Positions 11,434 through 25,249 of a stretch of DNA of 64,000 nt are shown piece by piece; position 1 is the stretch's first letter, and each line of letters starts with the position of its first letter. Source of the DNA: Octopus bimaculoides (Eukaryota). The position numbers were made by a program, and so were the translations under genes. The notes beneath the pieces are model-generated. The model was not told the origin of the DNA, made no database searches, and saw nothing but the letters and a program-made list of their open reading frames with translations. Where the stretch lies: contig NC_068983.1 in assembly GCF_001194135.2 (NCBI RefSeq), forward strand, positions 15,012,809 through 15,076,808, given 5' to 3'.

Positions 11434-13029
11434 GCATACTCATATGTATATATATATATATATGCCTGCATACATACATAGGCACACATACTCATATATA
11501 TATATATATATGATCCTTCGTAAATATTAAAGAAAAAGTAATATTCCTGTATTTATGTGTATATTAATGTGATATGTAATGTCGAAAAAAATCGATCATC
11601 CGTATAGACATAGAATATAAGATTTAAAAATTAAATAAATAAATAATAAATAACAAGTGGAAAAACCTGATACAAATAAATTTTCCTTTTATCTATTGAA
11701 ATTCTGCGTCGATAATATAAAACCGTCATATGAATTTAGTGCACCAATATTTCGCTGTAGATCAAAAGTAGTGCAGAATACTAAAGTAGGAAATGTATCT
11801 GTATGCCAAAAGACAACAATATGTTGACAGCATAATGCTTTCATTTATTATATTAAATAGATATATTATCAATCTTAAGAGATATACACCCCACAAGTTC
11901 TCGGCCACACAGCGTCGTATGAATAAAAGAAATGTGGTTTCTTGAAGCATTGGCCATCATAAGTAATATGCAGAGAGACTGCAACTTCATAGATAAGACT
12001 GTGTCAGATTATACATTGGGCTACTTTATCTGCTAGATATAGTTCCAAATTTCCCTTCATATTAAGCCATATTGTCTTAAGAACATTGTCTAGTGTAATG
12101 CTAAATACTCTATGCACTAGAGAAGGATGTGTATGTACATGGTTAGAACGCCTTTGCCTATAGTCTGTTCAGTCAAGTGTGTCCTGATATACGGTTAAAT
12201 AATAATAAAACCACAATTGGTGTACACATATGAAGTAGTTTTAAGTTGCAATAACCATTTACGTATCATAATTGACATATATACTTTATAGACAAGCAAG
12301 AGGGTCTGATATACAATCGGTTATAGACGTACTGTGCTGAAACACAAAAATATCTATCAAAAGATGACAAAAAAACTCATCCCGGCAGCGGCTGGTGGTA
12401 ATGCCAGATGCATTACAGCCTTCTTAGGACTTGTTAATGACGTATACATGCAGCTATGTGCTTAAGTGAAATCTGCCGCCTCTTATATAGTAAACACTGA
12501 ATAATGCATTCACTGATTCTACGAATAGCCGCCGGGCTACATAAAACAACCGGTATGCGACAGCTATGTGTGTATCACACTTAACGTATACGCACAGCTG
12601 TCAGGCAAACATTGCCCGTCTATACATTTTATTTCAAACGAAAATTGCAATTCTCTGTCTGTTTATACGTTAAATATGATATACGAGTGGCTATTTTAAA
12701 ATCACTGTTAATTTTATACGTGATTAACTTAATTCAAATGTAACTAAAGGAGATTTACAAGTAATCAGGCGCTCTTATATCCTTGTTATTTTACCAAAAA
12801 ATTGGCCTACATTATCAATACTCATCGGAAAATTCAACCACATACATACATAGTCTCATGCAGACATATATACATGTAGACATGCACGCGCATATATTTC
12901 TTTATGTGCATCATCACTAGAAAAGGAGTACACATGGTAGCATGTACTAAGCGTTTCCTAATAGTATTCAATGCCTTTGTAGTCGCAAGCTGACGTAGAT
13001 ACCATCTCAGCTCATTCATCTCCCACTCA

Positions 13030-13230
13030 ACGTAGGATCCAGGATGTCACTGCCAACTAGATAGAATGTGATGGGTAACACCAGCGATCTGCTGGTATTA
13101 ATTTCAGCTGTGTTGTCCAGAGCAACGATAAGTGAAATGATCTACTCAAAGACAGAGTATGTAGCCTGGATTAGGAATTGAAACCAGGACATTATTATCG
13201 AGTGACCAACTCTCTAATCACTAGGCTAAA
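13030..13230 (-). mobile_element. Old tRNA-derived SINE (CORE-like)
   Basis: Minus strand tagcctagtgattaga (A-box-like), ggtttcaattcc (B box), then ttgctctggacaacacagctg. Confidence 0.55.
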
Positions 13231-14078
13231 GCTCACAGAAAATAACAGTAAATATAGACATGCAAGGATAATTCACATCCTTAGAATCAAGATCGCATCT
13301 ACGTGTTTTTAAATTTAGAAATTGAAAGATGCTAAACTTAACAATATTTCTATAATCAACAGCATCTTTGAAACTGCAATCCCATATTCCATCAGATCAA
13401 ATAAACGAAAGTGATGCTATATAATTTGCAGGAAAATATGACACCATGATTCATCGCTTTAAAATAACCAAGAAAACAAAATTGTTGTCTCTGTCCAAGC
13501 ATAAAAATTAATTTCTCTTTCACCACCATAGGGACATATCATTTGCCAACTAAACATGGAAGAGTTGGCGTTATCATGTAGGGGAGAGATCAGAGCTAAT
13601 TTGCGTTGCATATCGCTTAAATAACCAGAAAATACTGTCAAATAGCTGAAAAAGGGTCAATTACCCATCTATTCCAATGCCGGATTTGTTATATAAAGAC
13701 CAGCGTTTCTTCAAAAACATGTCACGCCATGCCATACAAACATTGTATCACCAACTTGGTAAAGAACTCTCGGAATGGAATCCCTAAAATGCATTGTTCA
13801 AATCTGCGATATTAATCCATTAAGAAACATAAGGCAGCATCTTCATAGAAGGTTACGAGTAAGGGCGTAAAAAATTACATGAATTTTAAAGAGCGGATTA
13901 ATATGTACCAAAGAAAGTATTAACATGTATCAGTCTGCGATTGATAATTTACATAAATGTAGAACTAATCTAAACTAGAACTAATATAATCGAGAACCGT
14001 TATATTAGCTGCAGAAAATACTTCGTAATACTGCAACAAATTTGTCATGAAATTATGACAAATTATATTAACATTAGT

Positions 14079-14426
14079 GATGGCGCATGGCTTAGTGGCT
14101 AGAGCGTCGGGATCACAGTCATGCGGTAGTGAGTTCGGTCCTCAGACCGGGCTGTGTTGTGCTCTTGAACAAGACACTTTATTTCACGTTGCTCCAGTTC
14201 ACTCAGCTGTGGAAACGAATCATGACGTCACTGGTGCCAAGCTGTATCGGCCTTGAACTTACCCTCGGATAACATCGGTGACGTAGAGAGGGGGAAGACT
14301 AGTATGCATGGGTGACTGCTAGTCTTCCATAAACAACCTTGCCCGGAGCTGTGACTCTGAGAGTAATTTGTAAATCCCTACGTGCAATTCCATGATCATT
14401 CATAACCAAAAGGGGTCTTTTATCCT
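14079..14426 (+). mobile_element. tRNA-derived SINE family C (CORE-like central domain)
   Basis: ggcgcatggcttagtggctagagcg A box, gagttcggtcctc B box, ttgaacaagacactttatttcacgttgctccagttcactcagctg core. Confidence 0.8.
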
Positions 14427-14874
14427 AAATTAACCTTACATTTCAATACCCCGGCTAGCCATATAATTATACATGTTTATGGAGGCAATATAAGGGCATG
14501 CGTTTTGGCATTTTATACACACAAATGCTTTTAGCTATGCTGTGTGTTTTAGATCATACATTCGTCAGTATAAAGGGAAATGTTGGCAGTTATCAAAGTA
14601 ACCCTAATATGCAAATAAGGTAGTAATCTACATGTCATTTCTTTTTGTGTAGTTATGAGCAGCAAATTCCCGTCAGATCAAGGTTAAATGGGAATTGACA
14701 ACAGCTAACGAGAAACTCTTCCTTTATGCTTCGTTTTTCTCCGGAGAACTTGATGTATATGCCAACTGTTAATTCCACAGAAATGCTGTAATTTGGCAGA
14801 ATATAAATGTACTTCAGAATATCAGATATCTTCAAAAATATTAATGCAGAGGTCTCTTTCTTTTTCTTTGGCCT

Positions 14875-15085
14875 TATATTTTACTTGGTTCAGTCCTTGA
14901 TGGCGGTCATGCTGGGACACCTCCTAGAAGGGATTCAGTTGAACAAATCGACACCAAATATTTCATGTTTTAAGCCTGATTCGCCTTCTATCGCTCTATC
15001 TTGCCGGAATGCTATGTTAGGCAGGCAAGTTAGCAAATCAACACTAGTTGACAAGCGGTGGTGGGGAACAAACACAAGCACAATG
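14875..15085 (-). mobile_element. SINE family A-related 3' half
   Basis: Reverse complement matches the family A 3' half (ccccaccaccgcttgtcaac...ccagcatgaccgcc...gactgaaccaagtaaaa). Confidence 0.7.
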
Positions 15086-15092
15086 ACTACAC

Positions 15093-15142
<50 letters not shown>

Positions 15143-15472
15143 GTGCGTGTACATGTGTGTTTGTGTCAGTGTGTATGTGTGTGTGTCTATATAAATATTT
15201 GTCAGTACGTCAGTATGTGTAATCTGGGCAGAAAATAGTAATGTGTACTTTCCAAAGCCTCTCTGCTAGTATTAGCTATCTGATGCTGTGATACGGTGGG
15301 GTTTTTGTCACTGGTTATACACGCGGTAATCCGTAAATGTCTGTAGAAGAGTGTATTCAAAAATATTTATAAGTAGTTATTATCAGCGTATTTTGTTCTG
15401 ACTGTTATTTCCAGTAAGTAGACATACTTCGTATGTTCTGTGATTAATTTTAATAATCTATATATATATGTG

Positions 15473-15516
<44 letters not shown>

Positions 15517-16004
15517 NNNNNNNNNNNNNNNNNNNNNNNNNNNNNNNNNNNNNNNNNNNNNNNNNNNNNNNNNNNNNNNNNNNNNNNNNNNNNNNNNNNN
15601 NNNNNNNNNNNNNNNNNNNNNNNNNNNNNNNNNNNNNNNNNNNNNNNNNNNNNNNNNNNNNNNNNNNNNNNNNNNNNNNNNNNNNNNNNNNNNNNNNNNN
15701 NNNNNNNNNNNNNNNNNNNNNNNNNNNNNNNNNNNNNNNNNNNNNNNNNNNNNNNNNNNNNNNNNNNNNNNNNNNNNNNNNNNNNNNNNNNNNNNNNNNN
15801 NNNNNNNNNNNNNNNNNNNNNNNNNNNNNNNNNNNNNNNNNNNNNNNNNNNNNNNNNNNNNNNNNNNNNNNNNNNNNNNNNNNNNNNNNNNNNNNNNNNN
15901 NNNNNNNNNNNNNNNNNNNNNNNNNNNNNNNNNNNNNNNNNNNNNNNNNNNNNNNNNNNNNNNNNNNNNNNNNNNTATATCATAAATATAATGCATTCTC
16001 CCGT

Positions 16005-16270
16005 CGAAGACGCGTAAGAATGTTCAACTTTTGCCGAACGACCTGCACAAAGGATTTGTTTATATTGATCAAATGCATGTGCAGTACATTAACTTACTCC
16101 ATCCACCAAATCGACGTCGCCTGAAGAGGCTCAATGTGTTCGACACGTTACGTGTCAAATGATCGCAGAGCAATGGGAGATTTCTTTTACTCAAGAACAC
16201 GGCGCACGAACAGTTCTAGTTACTGAAACCACCATTTCGTGGCCAACATCCAAACCACTATGCTATGTAC
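16005..16270 (-). mobile_element. Diverged tRNA-derived SINE
   Basis: Minus strand gcatagtggtttggatgttggc head and gtgttcttgagtaaaag core, resembling the 14079 element. Confidence 0.5.
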
Positions 16271-16873
16271 TTCACTCATTTCACTGCAACCATGCTGAAG
16301 AGTTTTAGTCGAACACATCGAATCCAGGACATATTTTAATAAAGAACACAGTCATGCGTGGGAAAAGAGGGCCTCCACTGCTCCCATCTATTTTACTAAA
16401 ACTATATGACTAAAACTATGGATGTTGTAGTATATAATTATCGCAGACGTGCAGGTTATTGTTGTAAAAGACTATCTCACACTCCCTTGTGAAGTATTAA
16501 TCTTGTTCTACGCAGTTGTACCTGAAGTGTGGGATAAAGGATAACTGATGAATTGCACAGAACACTTTTGTTAAAGTAAGGACGACTTACCAAATGTCAG
16601 TCTCATTCTTCTTCAGTGAGATCCTATTTTGTTCCTGTCACATATCAAACTTCCACGAAGATATGAGCAGGCACGTTAGATGACGAAAGCATCTTCGCTT
16701 CGCCATGCTCCACAAGATCCACATCACCTTCTTGACGGATGGGTCAACACCAGTTCTCAAGAGGTAATGAGGGACAAACGCAAACGCAGACACACACACA
16801 CATTTGCACATACACACGCACAGACACACGCGTGCACACACACGCACATACACGCAGACACACACACATATAT

Positions 16874-17012
16874 ACGACAGGCTTCTTTCAGTTTCCTTCT
16901 AACAAATTCACTCACAAAGACTTGACCGGCCCGAGGTTATGGTAGAAGACACTCGCCCAATTTGCCACGCAGTGGGATTGAACCCAGGACGATGTGGTTA
17001 GAAATCAAACCA
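16874..17012 (-). mobile_element. SINE family A, 5' half
   Basis: acgacaggcttctttcagtttcc...ccacgcagtgggattgaaccc on the plus strand is the reverse complement of the head. Confidence 0.85.
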
Positions 17013-17702
17013 CGAAGATACGACACTAATGGTTTGTTTTCACTGTAAAATCAATGTTATCGTACGTAGCCAATCCTGGCATCCTACGCGTTGACGCACC
17101 TAATTTCTAATGAATCATGTAAATAATTCATACATAAATATATATATTTACACGCACACACACACACACATACACTGGTATACATGTCTCGATGTGTGCA
17201 TATCTATATGTATGTATTAGTCTGTGTCTCTGTGTGTGTACACGTATGAGTGCATTTTATTAAGAGCAAAGCATTTTCTCTGAATTTAATGGCGTCCAAG
17301 CATCTTTTTCCCTTTGTGCCCCAGGAAAACATAATATATTTTCCTATATACTTCATGACATCGAATTTCACAAACTACTTAAACATTGCTAAACAAGATA
17401 TTTTTTTCCCCTTGAAATAGCAGTAATCTTCTTTCAGTTTTTAGCATGTGTGCGTGAGTGTGTGATTGCTGCGTGCGGACGAGTATCCATGTATATATGT
17501 AGATATGTATGCATATTTATTAATATATATGAATGCGTATGTGTGTGTGTGTGTGTGTGTGTGTGTATACATACATGTATACGAATATATGTATATATAT
17601 ATATATATACGCACATTATATATTATATATACATATATACAAGCACATGCTTTTAGACATAGATACACATGCGAACACACAAACATGCACACAGAAACAC
17701 AG

Positions 17703-17756
<54 letters not shown>

Positions 17757-17850
17757 ACACACATATATATAGGTTCGTAGTTGCAAAATAGAAATGATGT
17801 GCAATTATGCTAAAGGAAGTACTCACTAAACTGGTGGATAAATTCAACTT

Positions 17851-17885
<35 letters not shown>

Positions 17886-18317
17886 CTATGTTTATGCATG
17901 TATGCATGTAGGATGTATGTTTGTGCTATGTATGTATGTATGCCTGCCTGCCTGTACGTCTGTCTCTATGCAATGCACGTATGTATGTATACGCGTGCGT
18001 ATTTCAAAGCATTTCTTACGTAATATTTCATTCGCAAAGGCCAAATAGCTGACATTTTCGTGGTTATTGATATTGAAAGCAAAATAAGGTTATTATATTT
18101 GAAAAATAACAAATAGGCACTGTCGATGCTTATCATCCTTTCTCTTCTTCTCCATCGCGCCATTTGCATTTCTCATGCAGCAGCGAGAGTATCAGATAAT
18201 AAGAAAATCGAAGTGCATGAATAAGCATCTCTTGTTCAACTCTTGTTTTTCGCCATTTTGCTTTGATGCGAAATAACCTCGGAGAAGAGAATATTGTACA
18301 TTATATAACAGCTTTTA

Positions 18318-18384
<67 letters not shown>

Positions 18385-18467
18385 CGTTATTATTATAATT
18401 ATTATTATTATTATTTCTTAACTCGCACAAGTTACTTTCTACAACAGCAGCAACAACAACAACTATG

Positions 18468-18522
<55 letters not shown>

Positions 18523-18819
18523 NNNNNNNNNNNNNNNNNNNNNNNNNNNNNNNNNNNNNNNNNNNNNNNNNNNNNNNNNNNNNNNNNNNNNNNNNNNNNN
18601 NNNNNNNNNNNNNNNNNNNNNNNNNNNNNNNNNNNNNNNNNNNNNNNNNNNNNNNNNNNNNNNNNNNNNNNNNNNNNNNNNNNNNNNNNNNNNNNNNNNN
18701 NNNNNNNNNNNNNNNNNNNNNNNNNNNNNNNNNNNNNNNNNNNNNNNNNNNCTACTACTACTACTAGTGTTATTGTTTCGTTGCAGCTACTGTTGTAGTT
18801 TTTCTTTTTTTCTTCGGAA

Positions 18820-18888
<69 letters not shown>

Positions 18889-19308
18889 CATTATTATTTC
18901 TGCCAGGAAAAATCTAACCATCATTGCAAATAAAATTGCTAGTGGGCATAATTACATGAAACGGAATTATTCTAATGGCTTCCAGTTTAGAATGAACAAA
19001 CAAAAAGCAATTTCCTTTGGGTACTTCCCATGAATCCTTTCGGCTGTACATTGAGAGTAAATGGCATGATAGAAAATTAAATTAACGCTTGGATGTCTTA
19101 CACGGAAATTTGTTGAAGAAAGTGTTTGTTGGAGACGGAGATATGCATCTTGTATACTAATGTAAAAATACTCACGCTGCTGTAGTTTGTACTGTGTTCC
19201 TATATGACATAATTGGGTGTATATAAGGAGAGAATATATATTCGGCTGTATGAAGATATGTTCGTTGTGTAAGTTTATACGCATACACACATTTGTGTGT
19301 ATATATAT

Positions 19309-19341
<33 letters not shown>

Positions 19342-19454
19342 TGTACATATATGTATGTTTGTATATATATTTATATGAACATACATACGTTTGTGTGTGC
19401 GTGCGTTTCTGCTTATATGTGCATATTATACACACGCACACACACATATATATA

Positions 19455-19496
<42 letters not shown>

Positions 19497-20867
19497 NNNN
19501 NNNNNNNNNNNNNNNNNNNNNNNNNNNNNNNNNNNNNNNNNNNNNNNNNNNNNNNNNNNNNNNNNNNNNNNNNNNNNNNNNNNNNNNNNNNNNNNNNNNN
19601 NNNNNNNNNNNNNNNNNNNNNNNNNNNNNNNNNNNNNNNNNNNNNNNNNNNNNNNNNNNNNNNNNNNNNNNNNNNNNNNNNNNNNNNNNNNNNNNNNNNN
19701 NNNNNNNNNNNNNNNNNNNNNNNNNNNNNNNNNNNNNNNNNNNNNNNNNNNNNNNNNNNNNNNNNNNNNNNNNNNNNNNNNNNNNNNNNNNNNNNNNNNN
19801 NNNNNNNNATATATATATATATATATATATATACCCGCATACAGTCATATGTGTGTATGTTTCAGTTTGGTTTTGTGTCTATATGTGAAGATCACACGAA
19901 GTCATCCATTTGTATAACAAAGCTCGCACAAAAAAAAAAACCCAACGTTGACGCTACGCCAATATATTCAACCTTTCACATGTACGTGTATGTCCGTTCG
20001 TGTGACCGTGTGTGTATGTATGTGTGTGACATAGGAACGGTGTCTATGTGTTACAAGCTGGGGATTAGTTAAGAATTCTATTTGAGCATTGATCAAGGGA
20101 ATGACCTCTGGCATAGTCCGTAATTTCAAAACTGTGGTTTCTTTCACAGGAAGAACTTAGTAGAAAACAAGACTAAAAAATTCTTATTACGATACAAATC
20201 CAAGGATACTAGCAGCAGCCTAAACAGCCTGAGACAATCTTAACTAGAACTTTTTCCTGCTTTTTTCCTTTTTACATTTAATTGGAAATTGAAACTACCT
20301 GACGTAATCTGATCGTTCAATACCTTCGCTGATTAAGATTTGCTTCATGCTACCCTGAGAACGTAGCATATATCGCAAGTATTTTTCCTTGCTATGAACT
20401 TATATCTATATATGGTGGAAATGACTGAATTCACTATATTTCTATAATTTATTAATCCAACGTGAAAGCTTGTATCTGGTCATTGAGATAGCTCTTCGAG
20501 CTACCATCTCTCCGTCCAACCGTACCCCCACGTTCGTCCATTCACATCGATATCAATTCATGGGTGAGTCAAGGAATGAGTAACAAGTTTTGTTTTCTCC
20601 TGTGCGAATGTATTGCTCACTGTGAACATTTTTCAGCTTCTACTACACTAGTTAGAAATAGGAGTCAAATCCACCACAAATCCTAACCTGATATTATTAA
20701 AGTAAGAAGCAGTCTCTGAATGCCATTATTCTACGTATACAACGAAGAAAAGAAAATAGAAACAGGATTGTGTCAACTGACATTTCTTTGGACATATGTT
20801 CTCGATAGCCGGGATTAAGCATCAACAGCCACAACTTGAACGTAATTCTTCGATCCTCATGTACATA

Positions 20868-21060
20868 GGCGTAGGAGTGGCTGTGTGGTAAGTAGCTTCC
20901 TTACCAACCACATGGTTCCGGGTTCCGTCCCACTGCGTGGCACCTTGGGCAAGTGTCTTCTACTATAGCCTCGGGCCGACCAAAGCCTTGTGAGAGGATT
21001 TGGTAGACGGAAACTGAAAGAAGCCCGTCGTATATACGTATATATATATATATATATGTG

Positions 21061-21107
<47 letters not shown>

Positions 21108-21328
21108 ATATGTTTGTTTGTCTGTGTTTCTACCCCCAACATCGCTTGACAACGGATGCTAGTGTGTTTACGTCCCCGTAACTTAGCGGTTCGGCAAAGG
21201 AGACCGATAGAATAAGTACTAGGCTTCCAAAGAATAAGTCCTAGGGTCGATTTGCTCGACTAAAGACGGTGCTCCAGCAAGGCCACAGTTAAATGACTGA
21301 AACAAGTAAAAGAGAGTAAAAGAGAGTA
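20868..21328 (+). mobile_element. SINE family A, full length with internal (TA)n(TG)n
   Basis: ggcgtaggagtggctgtgtggtaag start, internal microsatellite, 3' half ccccaacatcgcttgacaac...gactgaaacaagtaaaagag. Confidence 0.92.
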
Positions 21329-21549
21329 TAATCTTGTGGAAGGAAAACGGATCGTAATTTCGCTCCATGTAGTAGAGTTACATTTTTATGGTAAATCGCG
21401 ATAAATAACACGAGAAAAGCATAACTTTGCCGAGCAGAGATTTGTTCAGATTGCTTCAAACAGAATGAAATCCAGTAAAAGCAGTTATGAATCAAAGAGA
21501 GGTGATAAAATGGGTAACCAATTGTGCTTACCGATGAATTCTATCATTT

Positions 21550-21752
21550 TATAGGCACAAGACCGGAAATTTTTGTGGAGTGAGGACTTTGTCAATTACA
21601 TCAACTCCAGTGTGCGACCGACACTTGATCAATCCTGAAAAGAGGCAAGGCAATGTCGAGCCTGGTTGCATTTGCACTCAGAATGTAAAACCGGAAGAAA
21701 TACCTCAAAGCATTTCATCCGACGTATTAACGATTCTACTCGCAGTCTGCTT
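21550..21752 (-). mobile_element. SINE family B, diverged
   Basis: Plus strand ggcacaagacc...ctcagaatgtaaa...aagcatttcatccgacgtattaacgattct is the reverse complement of family B. Confidence 0.7.
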
Positions 21753-21777
21753 TTATGTGATTAGCAATTAATAACAT

Positions 21778-22518
21778 ACTAGTGTGACCCGTGGAAATTC
21801 CACATTAAGAGAAGCAATTTTTAGAAAGTTTTATAACGTGATTTCTCTATATGTCACCTTAGTGTCGTACATTAAGACAGTCTGATAGATAGTACCACGG
21901 AACGGGGTAGACACCAATTGTCCCCACTTTATGTATTTCGAAATACTCTGCCAACAATCGTAATCAAACCAAAACAACACACAACAAACCATAACAACTT
22001 CTCAACAATTTCCTGTAACTCCGATAACTCATGAACGACATCTTTCGACTTCCTGTGATTTCTCATCTCTCCCTTTCAGTCAAACAGGTTGCTACTTACA
22101 CGAGTTGGGCTAGTGAGTTCTCACATGGGATGTCATGATTCTTGCCATAAGAGAAAGAAAGGATGATCTGCGTTTTTATCTTTATTATGCGAAGTTATTT
22201 CACTTCCAGTCACAATAATATATGATTTTAGGACTTCCCTCTGCTAAGCACTTTATCTTTCTCTCTTTCTGTCTACCCCTTCAAACAAACTGTTTAACGA
22301 TGTAATTCCCCGCTTCACGTCGCTAACATTTCTCTCTTTTTACCTCTCACTTCCACTAACCACACAAGTGACAGCTCGATGCATCGGCTGGCTATCTATT
22401 CTCTCACTCACCCTCACATTTCTTCTTCTCTCTCATTCCCCCTCCTCCTCTCCTCCTCCTCCTCACGAACAGACAAAAGTATAAAGTTTGAACGAACAGT
22501 TAGTAGAATAATATAGAT
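21778..22518 (+). mobile_element. Helentron/DINE-like non-autonomous element with CT-rich interior
   Basis: 5' ACTAGtgtgaccc followed by palindrome gtggaa-a-ttccac; pyrimidine-rich interior; 3' end aataatatagat. Confidence 0.45.
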
Positions 22519-22663
22519 TTAGTTCAATAAAAACAATTCTTTTCACTTAGAAAATTGGGTTGATCAAAGCTTGTAGTAGAAGAGAATTGCTCCAAATTAT
22601 GTGAGGTAGAATCAAACCCCAGGTCCATGATCACGATAGGAAATTCTCCATTTTAGAGTTATA

Positions 22664-22796
22664 GGCACAAGCATGCTCGTGGGGTAAGAAGTTAGCTTCT
22701 CGACCATATGAATCCAGGTTCTGTCCCACTGCATAGTACCTTGGGGGAGTGTCATCTGCTACAGATTTGTGAGTAGATTTGGTAGACAGATACTGC

Positions 22797-22843
<47 letters not shown>

Positions 22844-23090
22844 TGTATGTGTGAGTGTGTGTGTATGCGTTTATATGTGTCTGTGCTTTTGTTTGTCCTC
22901 CACCACTGCTGGATAACGAGTGTCGGTTTGTTTGCTTTCGCATAAGTTAGCGGTTCGGCATAAGAGACAGCGTAAATACCAGGTTTAAGAAATAATAGGT
23001 ACTTAGGCCAATTTGCTCGACTAAACCCTTCGCCGCGCTGCCCCAGATTGGCCACAGTGCAGTGACTGAAACAAATAAAGAACAAAATAA
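22664..23090 (+). mobile_element. SINE family A, diverged full-length variant
   Basis: Head ggggtaagaagttagcttc...gttctgtcccactgc, internal (TG)n, 3' ttagcggttcggcataagagac...gactgaaacaaataaag. Confidence 0.8.
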
Positions 23091-23573
23091 TGACTGTAAG
23101 TATACATAAGGTGATGGGTGCAGGCATAGATGTGCATAAAAACTAATTGATTTTAGACCTCGTTAATGATCAAACGGTTACTTGATTGCAGCACAGCATT
23201 ATTTCGGTGCCTATAACCGTATAACAAAAGATTTGTAATTGTATTAATTAAATCCAAAATTTCTATCAGAAACACTGGAAAACAACCTTTATTCAATTTT
23301 AAATATTAGCTACAAATTGAATTTATTATTTAAATTTCAAAGAAATATTTGTGTTGAAAACAGAGAACACTGGGTGGGTACTCCGGTTAGCTATAAATAC
23401 GAGTGTACCCGTCGCTAACTGATTTATCTACTGCCACCAGGCCATTTAATGGCATGCCTCTAACCTTCTTTCGTTTCACACTCCGTTACTAATACCATTT
23501 ACCAAATTAATGCCCTCTCTCTCTCTCTTCCTCTCCGCTGTGGTTCCATTAGCAACTATATTTGCCTTGTATG

Positions 23574-23962
23574 GGAGGCGCAGTGGCCCAGTGGTTAGGG
23601 CAGCGGCCTCGGGGTCGTAGGATCGCGGTTTCGATTCCCAGACCGGGCGTTGTGAGTGTTTATTGAGCGAAAACACCTAAAGCACCACGAGGCTCTGGCA
23701 GGGGATGGTGGCGAACCCTGCTGCACTCTTTCACCACAACTTTCTCTCACTCTTACTTCCTGTTTCTGTTGTGCCTGTAATTCAAAGGGTCAGCCTTGTC
23801 ACACTGTGTCATGCTGAATATCCCCGAGAACTACGTTAAAGGTACATGTGTCTGTGGAGTGCTCAGCCACTTGCACGTTAATTTCACGAGCAGGCTGTTC
23901 CGTTGATCGGATCAACTGGAACCCCTGACGTCGTAAGCGACGGAGTGCCAGTTTTTTTTTTT
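23574..23962 (+). mobile_element. tRNA-derived SINE family D, intact, with 13-bp target-site duplication and oligo-T tail
   Basis: A box tggcccagtggttagg, B box ggtttcgattccc. tttgccttgtatg occurs on both sides (23561-23573 and 23963-23975). Confidence 0.9.
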
Positions 23963-24201
23963 TTTGCCTTGTATGAGGTGTTATATAATTTCTCCACTCT
24001 CATCTCTACTACTTTCTCTCTTTTACTGTTATTTTCTTTTCTTCTAATTAAATGCTTTATTCGTAAAATGTAATTCAGTCCAGTTAGGATTTGCTGTTAC
24101 AACTTATAACAATTCGTCCCAATATGCTATATCGATACTCAACTGTCATTATTTGATAGATGGTTGATAACTTCACCAGTTAAGTACTCTGATAATGGCA
24201 A

Positions 24202-24390
24202 ACTAGTGGGACCCGTGAATATTTCACGGAATTAATGGTAAACATATTGGGTTAGTTTTGAAAGCTTTATCCAAAAGACCTCAAAGCGTTGCCTGTGTTG
24301 TGTCTGTATGGAAAGATAGTTGCTCACCTACTACTCATTGGAAAATGAAAGGAATTGGAATACGATGATTACTTAATGCACTTTATAGAT
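24202..24390 (+). mobile_element. Short Helentron/DINE-like element
   Basis: ACTAGtgggac plus perfect hairpin ccgtgaa-tat-ttcacgg (24213-24229); 3' cactttatagat; same 5' signature as 21778. Confidence 0.4.
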
Positions 24391-24554
24391 ACACTTTATA
24401 AACTTTATACCCAATTTTATAGACCTAATACACAACACTCACAAAATAAATATTCACTCTTATTTTTCCATTTTTCTCATAAGCAGGAAAAAAAATACAC
24501 ATCTCGTACGTATGATACAACCTTGAATTAAATTGCATATATCTGCTATGTAAA

Positions 24555-25110
24555 TATACGGGAATATTTCACGGAATTGCACTTAGGTGCTTGCGTTAAG
24601 TGATAAGTGATATATAAAAAAAAACTTAGATGAATTAAAAAAATAAAGAACACTTTTCACTATCCAATCACCACCACCACCTCCACCTCCACCTCCCCCT
24701 CCACCATCATCTTCATCTTTATTTCCTCGTCTCTCTCTCAGTCCCCTCCCTCTCTCTCTCAATACTCTCCCTCTCTCTCTGAATCCTCTCCTCCTCTCTA
24801 TCTCTCCATCTCTCCCATTTTTTCTTTAACCTCACCATCAGAACATCACCTCTCTACTAAAATTATATTTTTAACTCTCCTCCCCTACTTTCAAGTAACT
24901 TTTTAACCTCGTAATAAATATTACGTTCCTCCCACCACACGTCATGGGCGCTTCTCTCTCCCTCTTTTTCTCTGTCCGTCATTTTGTCTCACTCTTCGCC
25001 TTCTTTTTCTCTCTCCTTTTCCTTCCTCCTCTCTTTCCCTTCAACTAATCACATGAAAGCGTTACTATTACATTCCATCTATCACACGTCATGAACACTT
25101 CTCTCTCCCT

Positions 25111-25186
<76 letters not shown>

Positions 25187-25249
25187 AAATATGTGAAAGC
25201 GTTGTCGACGGACTAAGTAACGTAATGACAAGCAGAATTATTATAAGAT
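24555..25249 (+). mobile_element. Helentron/DINE-like element with CT-rich interior, 5' end eroded
   Basis: Repeats gaatatttcacggaatt from 24202; internal direct repeats cacacgtcatg..cttctctctccct; (CT)n; ends ttattataagat. Confidence 0.35.

Noticed and set aside
14653-14835. Minus ORF with IKEEFL, reminiscent of hAT/Buster transposases
   Set aside because: Single short motif; no flanking DE/RY motifs, TIRs or TSD.
20492-20569. Strong donor TGG|gtgagt with an open 72-nt upstream frame (a similar donor lies near 4657)
   Set aside because: Acceptor lacks a polypyrimidine tract; isolated donors are common by chance.
23574-23650. tRNA-like A/B boxes as a tRNA gene (also other SINE heads)
   Set aside because: They continue into SINE bodies; no complete cloverleaf with acceptor stem.
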